From NCBI GenBank assembly GCA_010356995.1, contig ML996697.1, positions 182,153 to 246,152 of the forward strand: DNA of 64,000 bases. The letters are read 5' to 3'. The notes beneath the pieces were generated by a model. That model saw only the letters and a program-made list of their open reading frames with translations. It was not told the origin of the DNA and ran no database searches. The DNA is from Trichodelitschia bisporula. Taxonomy: Eukaryota. Position numbers and translations under genes: made by a program. Position 1 is the stretch's first letter, and each line of letters starts with the position of its first letter. Of the stretch, positions 1 to 12,139 are shown piece by piece.

Positions 1-496
1 AAACAACGACGTCCCCAAGCCGGATGTCGGCTTTTGCGCTCGGCACACCGCCTCCGATGCCGACCAAGACGCCGAATTGAACCGAAGTGAAAGTTAACTT
101 CATTTGAGCAACCGCCGAGGCCGCCGAGTTTGTGCCCGTCAGTCCCAAGACCATGATGACCGTATTGTGTTCGCCAACGCGGCCGAGCGTGTAGCTATTG
201 GGATCGGACGCGTCCTGGGGAAGAGGTTGGTGCTCTTCGTCGAGCATCTCCTGGGCTGCTGCAAGTTCAATGTCAAGCGCGCAAATCCACCCTATTGTGT
301 AGTCTTCGTGACGAGGTTGGCGGGTTGGCTTTCTGTTGGTGGTTCTCTGGAGGGCAAGTGGTAAGGCTGAGGTCTGGCTGACATTGTTCGCGGGGGCAGG
401 TGTGGTGGTCTCACCAGTAACAGGTGAGGAGGGTCGTGAAAGACTGGAAGAGGCATGGAAGCGGTCCCGTGTCGGGATCCGCTTTGCAGGTGTCAT
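1..496 (-). CDS. 5' part of a PNP_UDP_1 (purine/uridine phosphorylase-like) domain protein, typical N-terminal effector of fungal NLRs; runs off the left edge
   Basis: Manual translation from the ATG at 496 is open to base 1 (absent from the ORF track because there is no stop in the window): ...HEDYTIGWICALDIELAAAQEMLDEEH...DPNSYTLGRVGEHNTVI...GTNSAASAVAQMKLTF...FGVLVGIGGGVPSAKADIRLGDVVV, the characteristic fungal PNP_UDP signature. Confidence 0.92.
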   Translation of the reverse strand, partial: MTPAKRIPTRDRFHASSSLSRPSSPVTGETTTPAPANNVSQTSALPLALQRTTNRKPTRQPRHEDYTIGWICALDIELAAAQEMLDEEHQPLPQDASDPNSYTLGRVGEHNTVIMVLGLTGTNSAASAVAQMKLTFTSVQFGVLVGIGGGVPSAKADIRLGDVVV

Positions 497-2837
497 CTTG
501 GAAATAATGATGCTAGTCAAGAAATTGCGGACTTGTGAAAATGCAAGGAGTGGAACTGGAGGTTAAAGGCGAGGCTTTGGGGCTTCGAGCTGAGCTCAAC
601 TGCGGGGCAGAATGCCAAGAATGAGGCTGTGAGCTGTCGGGCGCGGAGAGGAGGACGAGATGGGAGACACAGCCACATGCTACGGGGCATCAAGTTCTCC
701 TACCAACTGATCAGTTCATAGACGAAGACTTCACTGGAGGACATACCCGGTTGTTCATCCATGTTGCACCGCCCGCGCTACTTGCGTCGTCAATGCCCGC
801 GTCGTAGGTGCTGTATGGGATATCGAGACTGACCGGGGCTCGAGCATAAACAGGCTCAGGAGGATGCCGGGGTGGCGGTCATGGTTTTGGGTGGGAGTTT
901 GGCAGCGCAGTGAGGGACAGACGGAGCATACAGACTGTTCTGATGGAGGAGATATGTTGAATTTGTGGCGGCAACCTGGGGTGGCTGGAGCGGAGCCAGG
1001 AGACAGGGGTCATCTCCTGGCGAGGTATATAGTCAGCTCACTTCCCACTGTTAGTCAATTAAGCAACTCAGTCATGTTCACACTTCATTTTAACAAGATA
1101 CGTAGTTGATTCTGTGGAAGAGGTGGCCGGATAATGTGTAAGATGGGTGTTAGCAAGCGTCCTGGTGCTGGATTAAAGGCTCGATTGGAGTTGAGCAGAC
1201 GACATCATATCAGTCATATTGTATCGGGTCTTCAGCGCGGGACTCGAGAAACATACAGTATCGTGGAACAATTGAGCCCGCGAGAGCGTGCGGCCATTCC
1301 AACGACGAAGGAAAGGCCTCATCCCCATCGAGAAGAAACGATTGTCCATCCTCAACTCCACAACTTGTCGTCAACAGACCAACATTGGCAAAAGGTTGAA
1401 GTGATAGACGGCGCCTAGCTTCCCCTCGAACTAGCCTAGCGGCTCCTCCCGTCCATCAAGCGGCCCAATGTGGCCCGTATCCATCGCATTCCCGGCCTCG
1501 CAAGTACCCCATTCCACCACCCCTTCGTTTGCGAATAAACCGCGCCCAGCTTCCCCTCGTCAGATGGGCTATCGGAAATCACCTAGGCATACCCGCAGCA
1601 AGTCACGCCGCGCAAAGCCTTACCTATCAGCGTGTCGCTTCCCGGTGTGCAACCCTTCACTGGCCACTACCCCACCGCCGCTCGCACCTACACGCAGCCG
1701 CCCTTCTAGCAACCTCTCCCGCTCAGCCCCTCCTGCGGCCTGACGGATAACCTCTACTACTACCAGTCTACTACCAGCAGCTGCAGCAACTCATCCGGTG
1801 GACGCAAACAAAACTACCCGCAGTTCCCGACCCCCCCGCAGCACCGCCGAAACCTCCGCCAGTTCGTGACCCTCGTACCTCCCTACTCCCACTTCGCGTC
1901 TAGGCGCCCACAGAACCCACGCACACCCACGTCCTAACCCTAACCCACCGTGGCTTCGTCCATAGCACTGGTTCCCCCTCGGAAGTCAGCCTAATCACCG
2001 ACGCCACCTCCCTGCTGACCAGCATGCTGCCCCTCCCCCCCGAAACGGCTCCTCCCGCGCACGCCGTACGAAATTCGCGCTCCCAATATCTGACGCCACG
2101 AGCGTGTGCTCCCCGTGCGGCACATTACGGTCGCCAATCAACTTAACGCCCACCAACAAGCCCTCGTACGCCCCCGTCCTCATCCGCCAGTGCGCCCGAC
2201 ACGCCCGCCTCAATGCCCCACGCGAGCCAAGTAGGCAGTCTGTGCTCGGGCAGCGTGGCTGCTAGGGCGAGATCAGGCGAGATCAGGCGAAAAGGTAGGC
2301 GAGGCAAGGGGTAAAGCGAGAAGAAGAAGTGGGTGTCATGGGAGTAGCCCAAGGCCCCCATTCCTTCTCTCAAGCAACGGCCATGTTGGAGCCTCAGGCT
2401 CCAACCAGGCCGTCAGCCAATGCCGGGAGCTCAGTGCCTGGTAAACGTTTTACCCGGCACCGGCACCCCAACAAACCTAAGGGGCTCGCCCTCACCAATT
2501 TCTTCCCTCTTTATAGCAATCAACTTGGTTATGTCTCGCCCCATTGCCGTGAGTTTTTCATGCCGTGCGGTCCGCTGACACCGACTTAAAGTATCTACTT
2601 AGTAGTGGGCGATTTTTCAGCCTTGAGAGAAGGTGAGCGTAGTTTTGCGTCGACATTGGAATTGGGGGTGGAAGCTTAGAGTTTGACTCGGGGGGAGTGG
2701 TTGGGGATATTTAAATCAGACCATTAACCAGTTTACGTCCCAGCTCTCCTCAAGGCCATCTAACGAAGGCCCTACGTAAGGCGTGTAACAACGCCATATT
2801 TGTCTTCCCGGAGGCTTTTCAAAGTTGAAAGATATAA

Positions 2838-3600
2838 TTGAGAATTCCATTACCGAGCGCGCTTAATGCTGATAACTTTTATTGGACAATATTCGCCAAT
2901 GCTGATGACAAAGCACTCAAAGTGCTTGGTCCAGATACGGAAATTTCCCAAGTCGGAAACGCGGATGTAGGTGCAGTCTCCGACCTATGGCCGTATGTGC
3001 CAGTCTTTGGCAAAGGAGCTAACAGATCCAAATCATTGATGATCTAAAAGATCAAAGTATGGAGCAAGGCCGCCACCAGTAAGAGCATTGGGCTAGGGTT
3101 CCATTACTGATCTTGCTGGTACTAGAGCAGGCAGCACGAGATATCCTGTCTTCTGTACTGAAGCCACGTGTGAAATGCTCCGACAGTACCGACGGATTTC
3201 TTTGACGGCCTCGAAGCACACGAAAGGGAGGTGATCCCTTGACACGCCTGTGGGTTCAAGCTTCTGCGCAAAGTATGCACGCACTTCAGAATAGTCTATG
3301 CTTGTCTAGATGGCCTTGATGCGCTGAGAGATGCCCGCAAGCTTCTCCGGTATCCGGGAGATCGCATGCATGGAATCCTTCCTTGCGGATATTTCTCACC
3401 GGTTGAATACTTCCTCGCATTCAGTCTTCAGTCCGAGGCCAACTGAACGGGTATCACAGCACGACCGAGGCTCGTGATGGTTACTTTCGGTTGCTTGTAA
3501 ATCATGAGATAGCCGCTGACGATAAGCGGCCAGATGAGATGAATGCTCACCCAGAACTGCGTTATCTCGGAGAGAGTCGTAAGAGCAGCCGGCGGAAGTG
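2838..3600 (+). pseudogene. Degraded NACHT-type NTPase (NLR) relic
   Basis: Fragments in different frames but in NACHT order: LWPYVPVFGKG (2985, decayed Walker A region), EQAARDILSSVLK (3125), KLLRKVCTHFRIVYACLDGLD (ending 3320, Walker B-like), FRLLVNHEIAADD...EMN and ERVVRAAGG (3485-3596); interrupted by stops and frameshifts. Confidence 0.55.
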
Positions 3601-3657
3601 GAAGCTTAATCCTTAATCGTTGTACCCTTTGTTAGGCGCTGGTTCAGGCGCTGGCTG

Positions 3658-3827
3658 CTCGTCTAGATACGTGTATGGGCCTTGATATAGTCATATACCC
3701 ACTTGTTGCGGACTCGAGAAATAACAATGACTGCGCCTGGCTGGTCCAAGCAGCAGTTGTAAGTGACGCGGCCATGATAAGTGGGTATACATAGCAATAT
3801 CAACGCCCATACGCGTATCCAGACGAG
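3658..3827. mobile_element. ~170-bp foldback / MITE-like element with ~50-bp imperfect terminal inverted repeats
   Basis: Left arm CTCGTCTAGATACGTGTATGGGCCTTGATATAGTCATATACCCACTT versus reverse complement of the right arm CTCGTCTGGATACGCGTATGGGCGTTGATATTGCTATGTATACCCACTT; no coding capacity. Confidence 0.6.
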
Positions 3828-4632
3828 GCCGGAAAAGGTGGCCTCAAATGCATGCGGCTATGTCTAGAAAGGCGGAGGCGGTAAGGCTGTTGGAGTCTCG
3901 GAAGAGCTCCAAGATAACCAGCTTCCGAGAAAGCGCACAGCGAGAAAGATGGACTGTCTATCTTCGAGCAACTGGATGTCCAGTTAGTTTTTTAGTCCCC
4001 TCATCAGTATTTGGGCCCTTTGAACCTCCGAGTCATCATGGGCCTCATCGCACCGAGAGTACACCATCCGCCATCATCTGCAGCTCGGCAGGGGATCGGA
4101 GTACGTACTTCACATTCCCATCAAGCCTCAACAAGCGTCGAACATACCGGCAGATCGACCCGCACCCTGCATCCATGGAACAATAATCGAAGCCCCCTCC
4201 CGCAATGATCCAATCCCGCGCAAAAATGACGTCTAACCATCACGAAACCATTACCCAACGCCCCGCCACAGCAGTCACGAACCCCTCACAAAAAATTTCA
4301 CCTCGCGCCTGCCGTTCCAATCATACCCGGCTCACCGCTCCCCGCACAAAAAGCTCCCCGCACCTGACCCGCCAGCCTCGCTGCCCGCGTACTCCGCCGG
4401 CATCGCCCTTCCGCCCTCAGGGCTCACGACGTCAAAAGAAGCTCTCACGCGCCCAGCCCCCCCGCAAGCTTGACACATAGAACCTCATGCTGACCAATAA
4501 AACCGCAGGGCAAGGCGGGAGGGCAGGCGTGGCGGCGCCGCATGATCGGCGCGGGAAAGGCGAAAGGCACGCATCACGGCTTTGCGCAGATTTTTTGCGG
4601 GGGATTACGTAGGAGGCAAGAGGCGGGGGCGG

Positions 4633-4670
4633 AGGGGTTTCCGCGGAGAGGGGTGACACGAGTATATAAA
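4633..4670 (+). promoter_or_regulatory. Two STRE-like AGGGG motifs plus TATA box upstream of a small ORF
   Basis: AGGGG at 4633 and 4649, TATATAAA at 4663-4670, about 120 bp before the ATG at 4791. Confidence 0.5.
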
Positions 4671-4790
4671 GCGAGTTCACGATGGGGATTTGGGGGGGGC
4701 ATTGCAAGCTGCACCTTCTATCGATCAACTCAATTGACTCAGAATACATCAACTAGTTCTACACTTCGCTGTCTATTTTTTAAACCAGAA

Positions 4791-4964
4791 ATGTCCGGCC
4801 AGACCGCAACCCGCCGCATCATCAACCTCTTCCCCGACCTGCGCTCCGACGCGCAGAAAGCCGCGGACAAGCACGCGTACGAGCAGAGCCTGGCACAGGG
4901 ACACAAGGAGGCGGCTGAGCTGGAGAAGTCGCCGCGGTCGTCGACGCAGACCAACCGCTCGTGA
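4791..4964 (+). CDS. Putative 57-aa small protein
   Basis: MSGQTATRRIINLFPDLRSDAQKAADKHAYEQSLAQGHKEAAELEKSPRSSTQTNRS; GC3-rich codons, upstream TATA box and AT-rich leader. Confidence 0.55.
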   Translation: MSGQTATRRIINLFPDLRSDAQKAADKHAYEQSLAQGHKEAAELEKSPRSSTQTNRS

Positions 4965-5396
4965 AAGGTTCGTCATTCCCTCGCTGATGAAGCGACCTGG
5001 CTAACAAGTTCAGACCCTTCTTCCACCTTGATGTTCTGATTGAGATTCGCAATTTGGTTGGGAACTGGGCTTTGAAAAAGTTTCGCTGTCGTTTTGTCAC
5101 AAGGGACGAGTTCTTCGGTGCGAAGTAATGCTAGTAGTAATTGAGACCACTACGGGGCCACGATGTCGCCGAGACCGCACTTCTTCGTGACCGCAGTGTG
5201 CAATTCCCGCCGCCGCTTAGTCGGCGGGCGAAAGCTATGGACTCCGTGTGAATTGAGCGTTTGCTGCGCTGAAGCTTACCCACTTCTGCGAAAGCCAATT
5301 CTCACGATCCCCTGTATTCTCCCTCGACATCTTCCTTTTCCACGTACCCTCATTTACCAAGTTTTGAACACGATCATCAACCACAAAGATCTCCCC

Positions 5397-6883
5397 ATGC
5401 TTGCTTCTCAAGTTCCGACCTTCGCTCCTCGCTGGGTGGTATTCTCCTTCTCGTATGTTATGGCCGTGATTTCGTAAAGGGGAAAGATACTTATGAAATA
5501 GATTGAGCGTCATCGCAATGGTGGTAACTCGGCTGTCCGTTGCATTCCTGGCCTCGACTGACGATCCCGTTTTGCCCCTGACGGCATACGGGCATTCCGA
5601 CAAGAACTGGCTCCTGTTCGTATTCGGGTTTATCCTGTCTGTTGCGCTGGTCACACTGACGGACTTCATGGTAAATGCTCCCCGAGTCCCCTGGAGACAA
5701 TGGACCTCGAAAGTCTTCAAGCAGGCCAGGAAGCGCAACTAGCTAACACTCGCCAGCGTTGGAAGCTTTTCAAACCTCATGGCATCGTGGCTCCCGGGAA
5801 CTATCGTGTTGATCTGATGCGCATTTTCCGCTGGTTGTTCTTCTTTGCCGAGCTGCTTGATCCTCTCCACACAGTCAACCTCGCGCGTGCCGTGAGCTGG
5901 GACTGGATCTTCTGGGTCCATACAGGGGTGGCAGGGCTCGCAGTTATGCTCCTGGACGTCATAGCACCGGGGCCGGCACAGGGGGCGCGCCCAGGATTTA
6001 AAGGGAAACTGTTCCTCCGGTGCCTCCGGTTCTTCAAGTACACGACGTTGCTGGCCTTCGGGGCGACGATCGTCTACAATCAGGCTGGCCGGAGCGTTCC
6101 GTTGATCGTCTTCGCTCTCATCCCGGTCACATTGGCGGTTTCGGTGGCTTCGTCCATCGCAGTCTCTCAGCGCAAGAACCGCCCACAGAACGTGAAGACA
6201 AAGAAATCGGTGTACTCGAAGAAGTTCCAGTCGACGGTCCTGATCTTTCTGTAAGTACCCTGAGCTTTGGGCGCCAACGCTGACCCAAATTAGGCATGGC
6301 TTCTTCAAGGGCGCCGTGGTTTACACCGCGACAATGGTCTACGCCAAGAAAGGCAAAGCGAGCGGCAGCGGTCCAGCGGTTTCGGCGGGGTCCATTTTGC
6401 GCGACAGCCTTGTAGGCCTTGTCGCTGCAGCGTGGCTGCGGATTGACCATGGACCTGCTGTCTGCAATATTATCAGCGGTTGTCTTGTTCTCGCAGCAGT
6501 GGGCGTCCTGAGCTTCGGCTCAGCTGAAATGGGAGTTGTCACCTGTTGGGTGTATCCCGCCCTATCCGTTACATCCCTCGATATGATGACTTCTGTCGTA
6601 TCAATCGAGGATTGGGGTAAGCGTGCTGAAGTCCGAGTACTGATTGCGCTTGCTAACGAAAGAAGATTCCGTTGCGGCTGCAGCCAACTTCTTTCGGATG
6701 TTAGGTGTATGGGCGGCTCTCGGGATGCATAGGACGCTCGAAAACTGCGTTGTGATGCCAGGCCTGGTGTCACCTCCCGTCGTCCCGGAATACGATCTGG
6801 AAACGCGCATGGCCATCCTTCTAGGGCCCGCCTTCGCAATGGTTGCCATTGCGACTACCATGTGGGCATTGAAAGAGGGGTAG
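5397..6883 (+). CDS. Multi-pass membrane protein, divergent MFS-like transporter (5 exons)
   Basis: Frame-consistent GT-AG introns 5453-5501, 5671-5756, 6251-6293 and 6617-6662/6665 join hydrophobic ORF pieces; many TM-like segments; C-terminal SVAAAANFFRMLG resembles MFS helices. Confidence 0.65.
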
Positions 6884-8648
6884 GCAGTTCTGTTTCTTCG
6901 GCTTGGCCTTGTGGGTTTGCTCGACGAGCAGCGGTGAGCTCATACGTGTGCCTTTCTAGAACTCCGTAGTAGAGATAGATCAATGGACGTCTGTTATGCT
7001 TCTTTGAGGGGTGAAGTGCTTCCCAAAGCACCGGATCAGTAATAACAAGCTTCAGTAGCCGATTAGAGCATGCATATTCTGCCAACGCCCTGGACTTGTT
7101 GTGAGGTGGCACAGCTCATCTGACAGCTCGAGTCCAGAACGAGTCCATGTTGCATACGGTCTCCACCAAGTCAGGATATCTTTTCATCTGCGGGCCATGG
7201 AGGCCATGCGGACTTGTTTGGAAGCCAGATGGCGCTTGTGCTAAATTCCAGACCGCGAGCTAGCAGTACTTAGCACGACAGCAAGGCAAAGCTTATTCGG
7301 ACGGTAAAACAACTGTCTCCACATAGGCAACCTCAGGTTTGGACCCGTTATCGATACCGCCAGGGACGGCATGTCTTCACGTGAAAGATACGAAGCAATA
7401 TGGAAGAAGGCCATGAACAAAGCTAACGCGATGGAAAGAGGAAGGTGAAAGAACTCGACCTGATGCGGAATGCGATGTCAAGTTGTCATGTCAAGGTTTG
7501 TTCAATAGAAGGGAAGGTCGGAAAACGAGGAACAAAGGCCGGGCAGGCAGGGAGTTGACGTAGTGATTGGCTGATCCACGTCATCGCATACGCGGATACG
7601 GCGAAGATGCGACTCCCGGCCCGCAGTGGTCCCTGTGGTACTTTCAGCGGGGAGTAGCAACAAGAGGGTGTGAGGGACGTGTGGGAAGTTATGGGAACTG
7701 GAAGGCTGTGGGCCATTCGAATCCCTTTGATCCCCAGCTTTTGCTAGAAAGAAGACTGCAAGCGACCATGGGCTACCCGAAAAAGTCATATCACCCACCC
7801 TCAGCAAAAGTCGCGGGGATGGGGAGACATCACTTTTTCGATTGGTCCTTGGGCGAAGGAGGGAGAAGGAGGAGGGAAGGGGGGGAGTGGGTGGGGGACA
7901 CGCAGCCGAGACTTGCTCAGCCTCCTCCCCTAATTTCCGCCCCATTATTCTTTCCTTGGGCCTTGGGCGCTTTTGACGTGCAGCAACCACTTGAGGGGGA
8001 GGGAAGATGGAACAAGGTCAATTGTAGAACTAAACTGCACAACCATCATCATCACTTTTGCACCACTTTGCAATCAATAAGAAGCGCCTATCGACAGAGA
8101 TCTCTCCCCACCAAAAACCTTTCAAAGATCGTGCATTGCTGTGTGTTTATTGGCGCGTCCCAGGGTGGTTTGAGACTGACACGGCATCATCATCACTCTC
8201 GCACGCCCGGGTTTGGCGCTTCCCGCAGGGCCGACTTCCCCTTCTTTTCTCTCCCACACCAGTTCGTTCCACTCACACCCTGTCACTCTTCTCATCCTAC
8301 ACTCGCACGCCCCCAATCCCCCCTCTCTCAGCCCTCAACTCTCTCACCTCCGCCAAGGGTCAAACAACAACTTCCTCCTTCAACAACCAAGAGCGATCCT
8401 CACCTTCGCCACCCACCTTCGTTTCTTTCTACTACTCTCCGCAACACCACCATCGCAGTTCGAAGTCTTGCGCCATTGCACCACCCTCGACTTCGCAAGC
8501 CACAACGCCGAATTCGCTCTTTGGCCTGCCGCTGGTTTGGCTCCATCGCCTTGCTTGGGTGCTCGTCTGAGTGCCTCCTGAACCCTTTCCACGCCCCCGA
8601 CCTCCTCTGGTCGCGCGCAATCCAACTCTCCTCCGCTTCACCACCATC

Positions 8649-10934
8649 ATGCGTCGCTCGCTCATAATGTCGCCCTTTACGCTACTACTAGCGATCCTCT
8701 CCGCCTTCCTACCTTTCGCTTCCGCCCTCCGCTACATCGAGTCGAACTCGCTCAACCCGTGCATGACGAACTCAAGCTTCTCGGCCACCCTCTTCCACGT
8801 CATATTCACACCAGACAATGGCACGCTTTCGGTCAGCATCAACGGTGTTTCGCAAATCTCGGGATACGTCAAGGTCGAACTGCAGGTGCTGGGTTATGGC
8901 TACTCCATTTACCACGACACCATCGACCCATGCTCGGACAGCACGCTCAAGGGATTGTGCCCCATGAACACGGGCCAGCTCAACTTCCCCACCAACGCAC
9001 AGATCCCTAAGGATACGGTCAACAAGGTCCCGAGTACGTTTTGCGTGCCTTCGTAGCTTTGGCCATCGCTAACCTACCCTAGATGCTATTTACTACATTC
9101 CCGATCTCGATGGCCGTGTTCGCGTTTGGATTAACAGCACGGAAGGAGTACCGCTGGCCTGCGTCGAGGCCGAGCTCGGCAATGGCAAAACGGTCTACCA
9201 AAAAGGTGTCGCATGGACTGTTGCCGTCATCGCCGGCTTGGGGCTCGTCATATCCGCCATCACATCTGGCCTCGGACACTCCAACACTGCTGCCCACGTC
9301 GCGTCGAATGCACTGTCGCTCTTCGGTTTCTTCCAGGCCCAGGCCTTCATTGGCATGACTGCCGTCACCACTCCCCCGATTGTCCGCATGTGGACTCAAA
9401 ATTTCCAGTGGAGTATGGGTATCATTCGCGTTAGCTTCCTGCAGAGGATGGCGACATGGTATCAGCGCGCGACTGGAGGCACTCCCTCACGGCTCCTCTC
9501 CACACTCGCTACCACCTCGGTTCAGGTCCAAAAGCGTTCGCTCGACGTGGCCAACTTCCTTGCGAAACGCACCAACAGCCAGACCACCAACGCGGAGAAT
9601 CTCAAGACCCTCTCCGTCAAGGGCATCAGGAGAGTGGGGTTTGTCGCCAGGATTGAGCCTACCAACATCTTCTTCACTGGCTACATTTTCTTCATCATCT
9701 TCGTTCTGCTGGTCGTGCTTGGCGTCGTTGCCTTCAAGTACATCTGTGAGGCTCTCACCAAGTCGGGCAAAATGAAGCAGGACAAGTTCCAGGACTTCCG
9801 GAATGGCTGGACGTTGGTGCTCAAGGGCATACTGTTCCGCATCGTCCTCATCGGTTTCCCCCAAATGGTCGTGCTCTGCTTCTGGGAAATGACGATTCAC
9901 GACTCCGCCGCCGAAGTTGTGCTTGCCGTCTCCACCATTCTGGCTATGATCGCTATCCTGGGCTGGGCTGCGCTTAAGGTGTGGCGCATTGCGCGTCGCT
10001 CCATCGTGATGCACAAGAACCCGGCCTACATCCTCTACTCCGATCCGAAGGCGCTCAACAAGTGGGGTTTCCTCTACGTGCAGTTCAAGGCGACGATGTA
10101 CTACTTCATCGTGCCCGTCCTGTTCTACCTCCTCATCAAGGGCATGTTCATCGCATTCGGCCAGGGCAGCGGCACCGCGCAGGCGGTCGCGCTCCTTATC
10201 ATCGAGGCGGCCATGCTCATTGCCGTCAGCGTCATGCGCCCGTACATGGACAAGAAGACGAATGCCTTCAATATCGCCATTGCTGCGCTCAATTTTTTCA
10301 ACGTCGTGCTCCTGCTCTTCTTCTCTGGCATCTTTGGGCTTCCTGTAAGTTACCCCGTGACGTCACCTTGGCCCACCCTGACTTTCTCTAGACCCTGGCC
10401 GTTGGTATTATGGGCGTGCTCTTCTTCGTCGTAAACGCCGTGTTTGCCCTGGTCATTTTGCTCATGGTCATGTGGGCGTCCGTCTGGGCCATCACGTCCA
10501 AGAACCCCGACACCCGCTACCAGCCGATGCGTGACGACCGCGGCAGCTTCATCAAGTCGCAGACCAACCTCGGCACCACCGAACTCGACGCCCTGGGCGC
10601 CACTGCGCGCGGCGACAAGGCCGGCGGAGCCGGCTTCACGGAGCGCAAGCGCATGGATTTGGATGACGAAGAGGACAGCTTCTCTTCGACCAGCCAGGTT
10701 GGCCAGCGCGGAACGGGTGGCTGGGTGCCGCCGCGCAGCCCCGTCGAGCCGCCGTCGGCTCCCATGCTGCGCAATGACGTTAATGGCGCTGCGAGTCCGA
10801 TATTTCGCAGCCAGAGCCCGGCGCAGGCCGGCGGCGTGGCCGCACCGTATAGGCCTGGGAGTGGGCAAAACGGCGCGGCGGCGTTTAGGGCGCAGAATAA
10901 TGCTAGTCCGTGGCAGCGGGGCGTCGGGTATTGA
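8649..10934 (+). CDS. FLC/TRP-like (flavin carrier / Pkd2-like, ML-like N-terminal + TRP domain) membrane protein
   Basis: Exons 8649-9033, 9083-10344, 10392-10934; signal peptide, lumenal LCPM motif, GFFQAQAFIGM, WTQNFQWSMGII, HKNPAYILYSD...LNKWGFLYVQF, KNPDTRYQPMRDDRGSFIKS, SPWQRG. Confidence 0.93.
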
Positions 10935-12043
10935 TGCGGTTGTTCGTTATGTGGGTTAATGAGGAAAGCGCGCTTTCGGCACTTAAAAGGTCAGCATCAG
11001 ACGGCGTGAGAGCTGTTGTGTTCAGTGTATAATTTCGTACATTGCTTACTTTGTTGGGGGTGGGGTTATTACTTTGATTTTGTTTTACTCGGGCGGGTTT
11101 GGGCGGGGCTGCTGGTGTTGCATGACATCCTCGTTGTTATCTTGGTTTCTTGCGTCTTTCCACGGTATGGGACCGTCGGGCTGGGAATGTTTGTCATTTG
11201 TATCCATTCGTCGCGGGTCCCGGGGACTGGCACATTGTCGGTTATGTTCTCCGGGCGCTGAATCCGAGTGGAGGTCCATGTTGCCAGGCGTTTTTTGCCA
11301 ATTTCACACACGGTCTTTGAACATACTTGAAGTGGGGAAACTCGCATACATTTGCGGTTTTGTCAGAGGCGTTTTGGGAGCTAGGGTAGCAGGGTTGCCA
11401 CTCTTTCATGTGTTTCCCTTGCTGAGGCTGGTGATGAGGCTGGAGAGATATTGTTTTGTACTGTACTCTTAGGGGTCAGAGCAGGGCCTGTGAAGGGGTA
11501 ATGTGCGTTGCGTTGGATGGGCCTCGCCTCGCCTTGTCGTTGCCCGCTGGGGGGATGTTTCGTAGTGCAATAGAGCCGATAAGGCGGTTGGGATACTTCT
11601 GCTGAGATGTGTTCTTGACTGTGATGAGTGAGGGCTAACGTTGGTTGTGCAGGTCGTCTATTGTACCGGTTCTCGATGTGGGGGCAAGGCCTCTTTGGTG
11701 TGCATATGCGTGCGGGGGGGTCTGGTATTTGCTGGCGTGTGTCTTATGAATGGATATACTGTATCTCCTGCAACCGAGTGGCTTATGCGGGTCTGTGATT
11801 GTAGGCGAGCATGTGCATGGGATATGGCATATTCAGAGTCTTCTTCCGAAGACGTATATTTCAGCACCCAGTACGGATTATGAATCTAGATATATCCCAG
11901 AAAACTTGCATGGTGCAGCTACCAGAGCCCCGCAAAGCAAGATATCGACCTCAGCCTAGCAGCATAGTCCATATTTCCAAGCGTGGTTAAGCAGCAATGC
12001 GTAGGATTATGTATTTAGATTCCGCACAACCATTCATCAAATA

Positions 12044-12139
12044 TCCGGTATGGTCTATCGGCTAGGATCACCCGCTTTCATTCATGAAGCAGCTGTGTAC
12101 AGCACCGGGTAGGGCCGGGTTCGACTCCCGGTACCGGAA
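12044..12139 (+). tRNA. tRNA-Glu(TTC) with 24-nt intron (12081-12104)
   Basis: Acceptor stem TCCGGTA/TACCGGA, anticodon stem ACCCG/CGGGT, anticodon TTC at 12077-12079, intron after position 37, T-arm CCGGG-TTCGACT-CCCGG, downstream T-run. Confidence 0.95.

Noticed and set aside
1933..1946. CCTAACCCTAACCC telomere-like motif
   Set aside because: Only about two units in C-rich sequence; expected by chance
1416..2640. C-rich, stop-riddled tract with short duplications (CTACTACCAG, GAGATCAGGC) suggestive of a decayed gene or transposon
   Set aside because: No recognisable domain or terminal repeats in any frame
7567..8667. 366-aa ORF upstream of the FLC gene
   Set aside because: Non-ATG start, low-complexity translation of a pyrimidine-rich promoter/5' UTR
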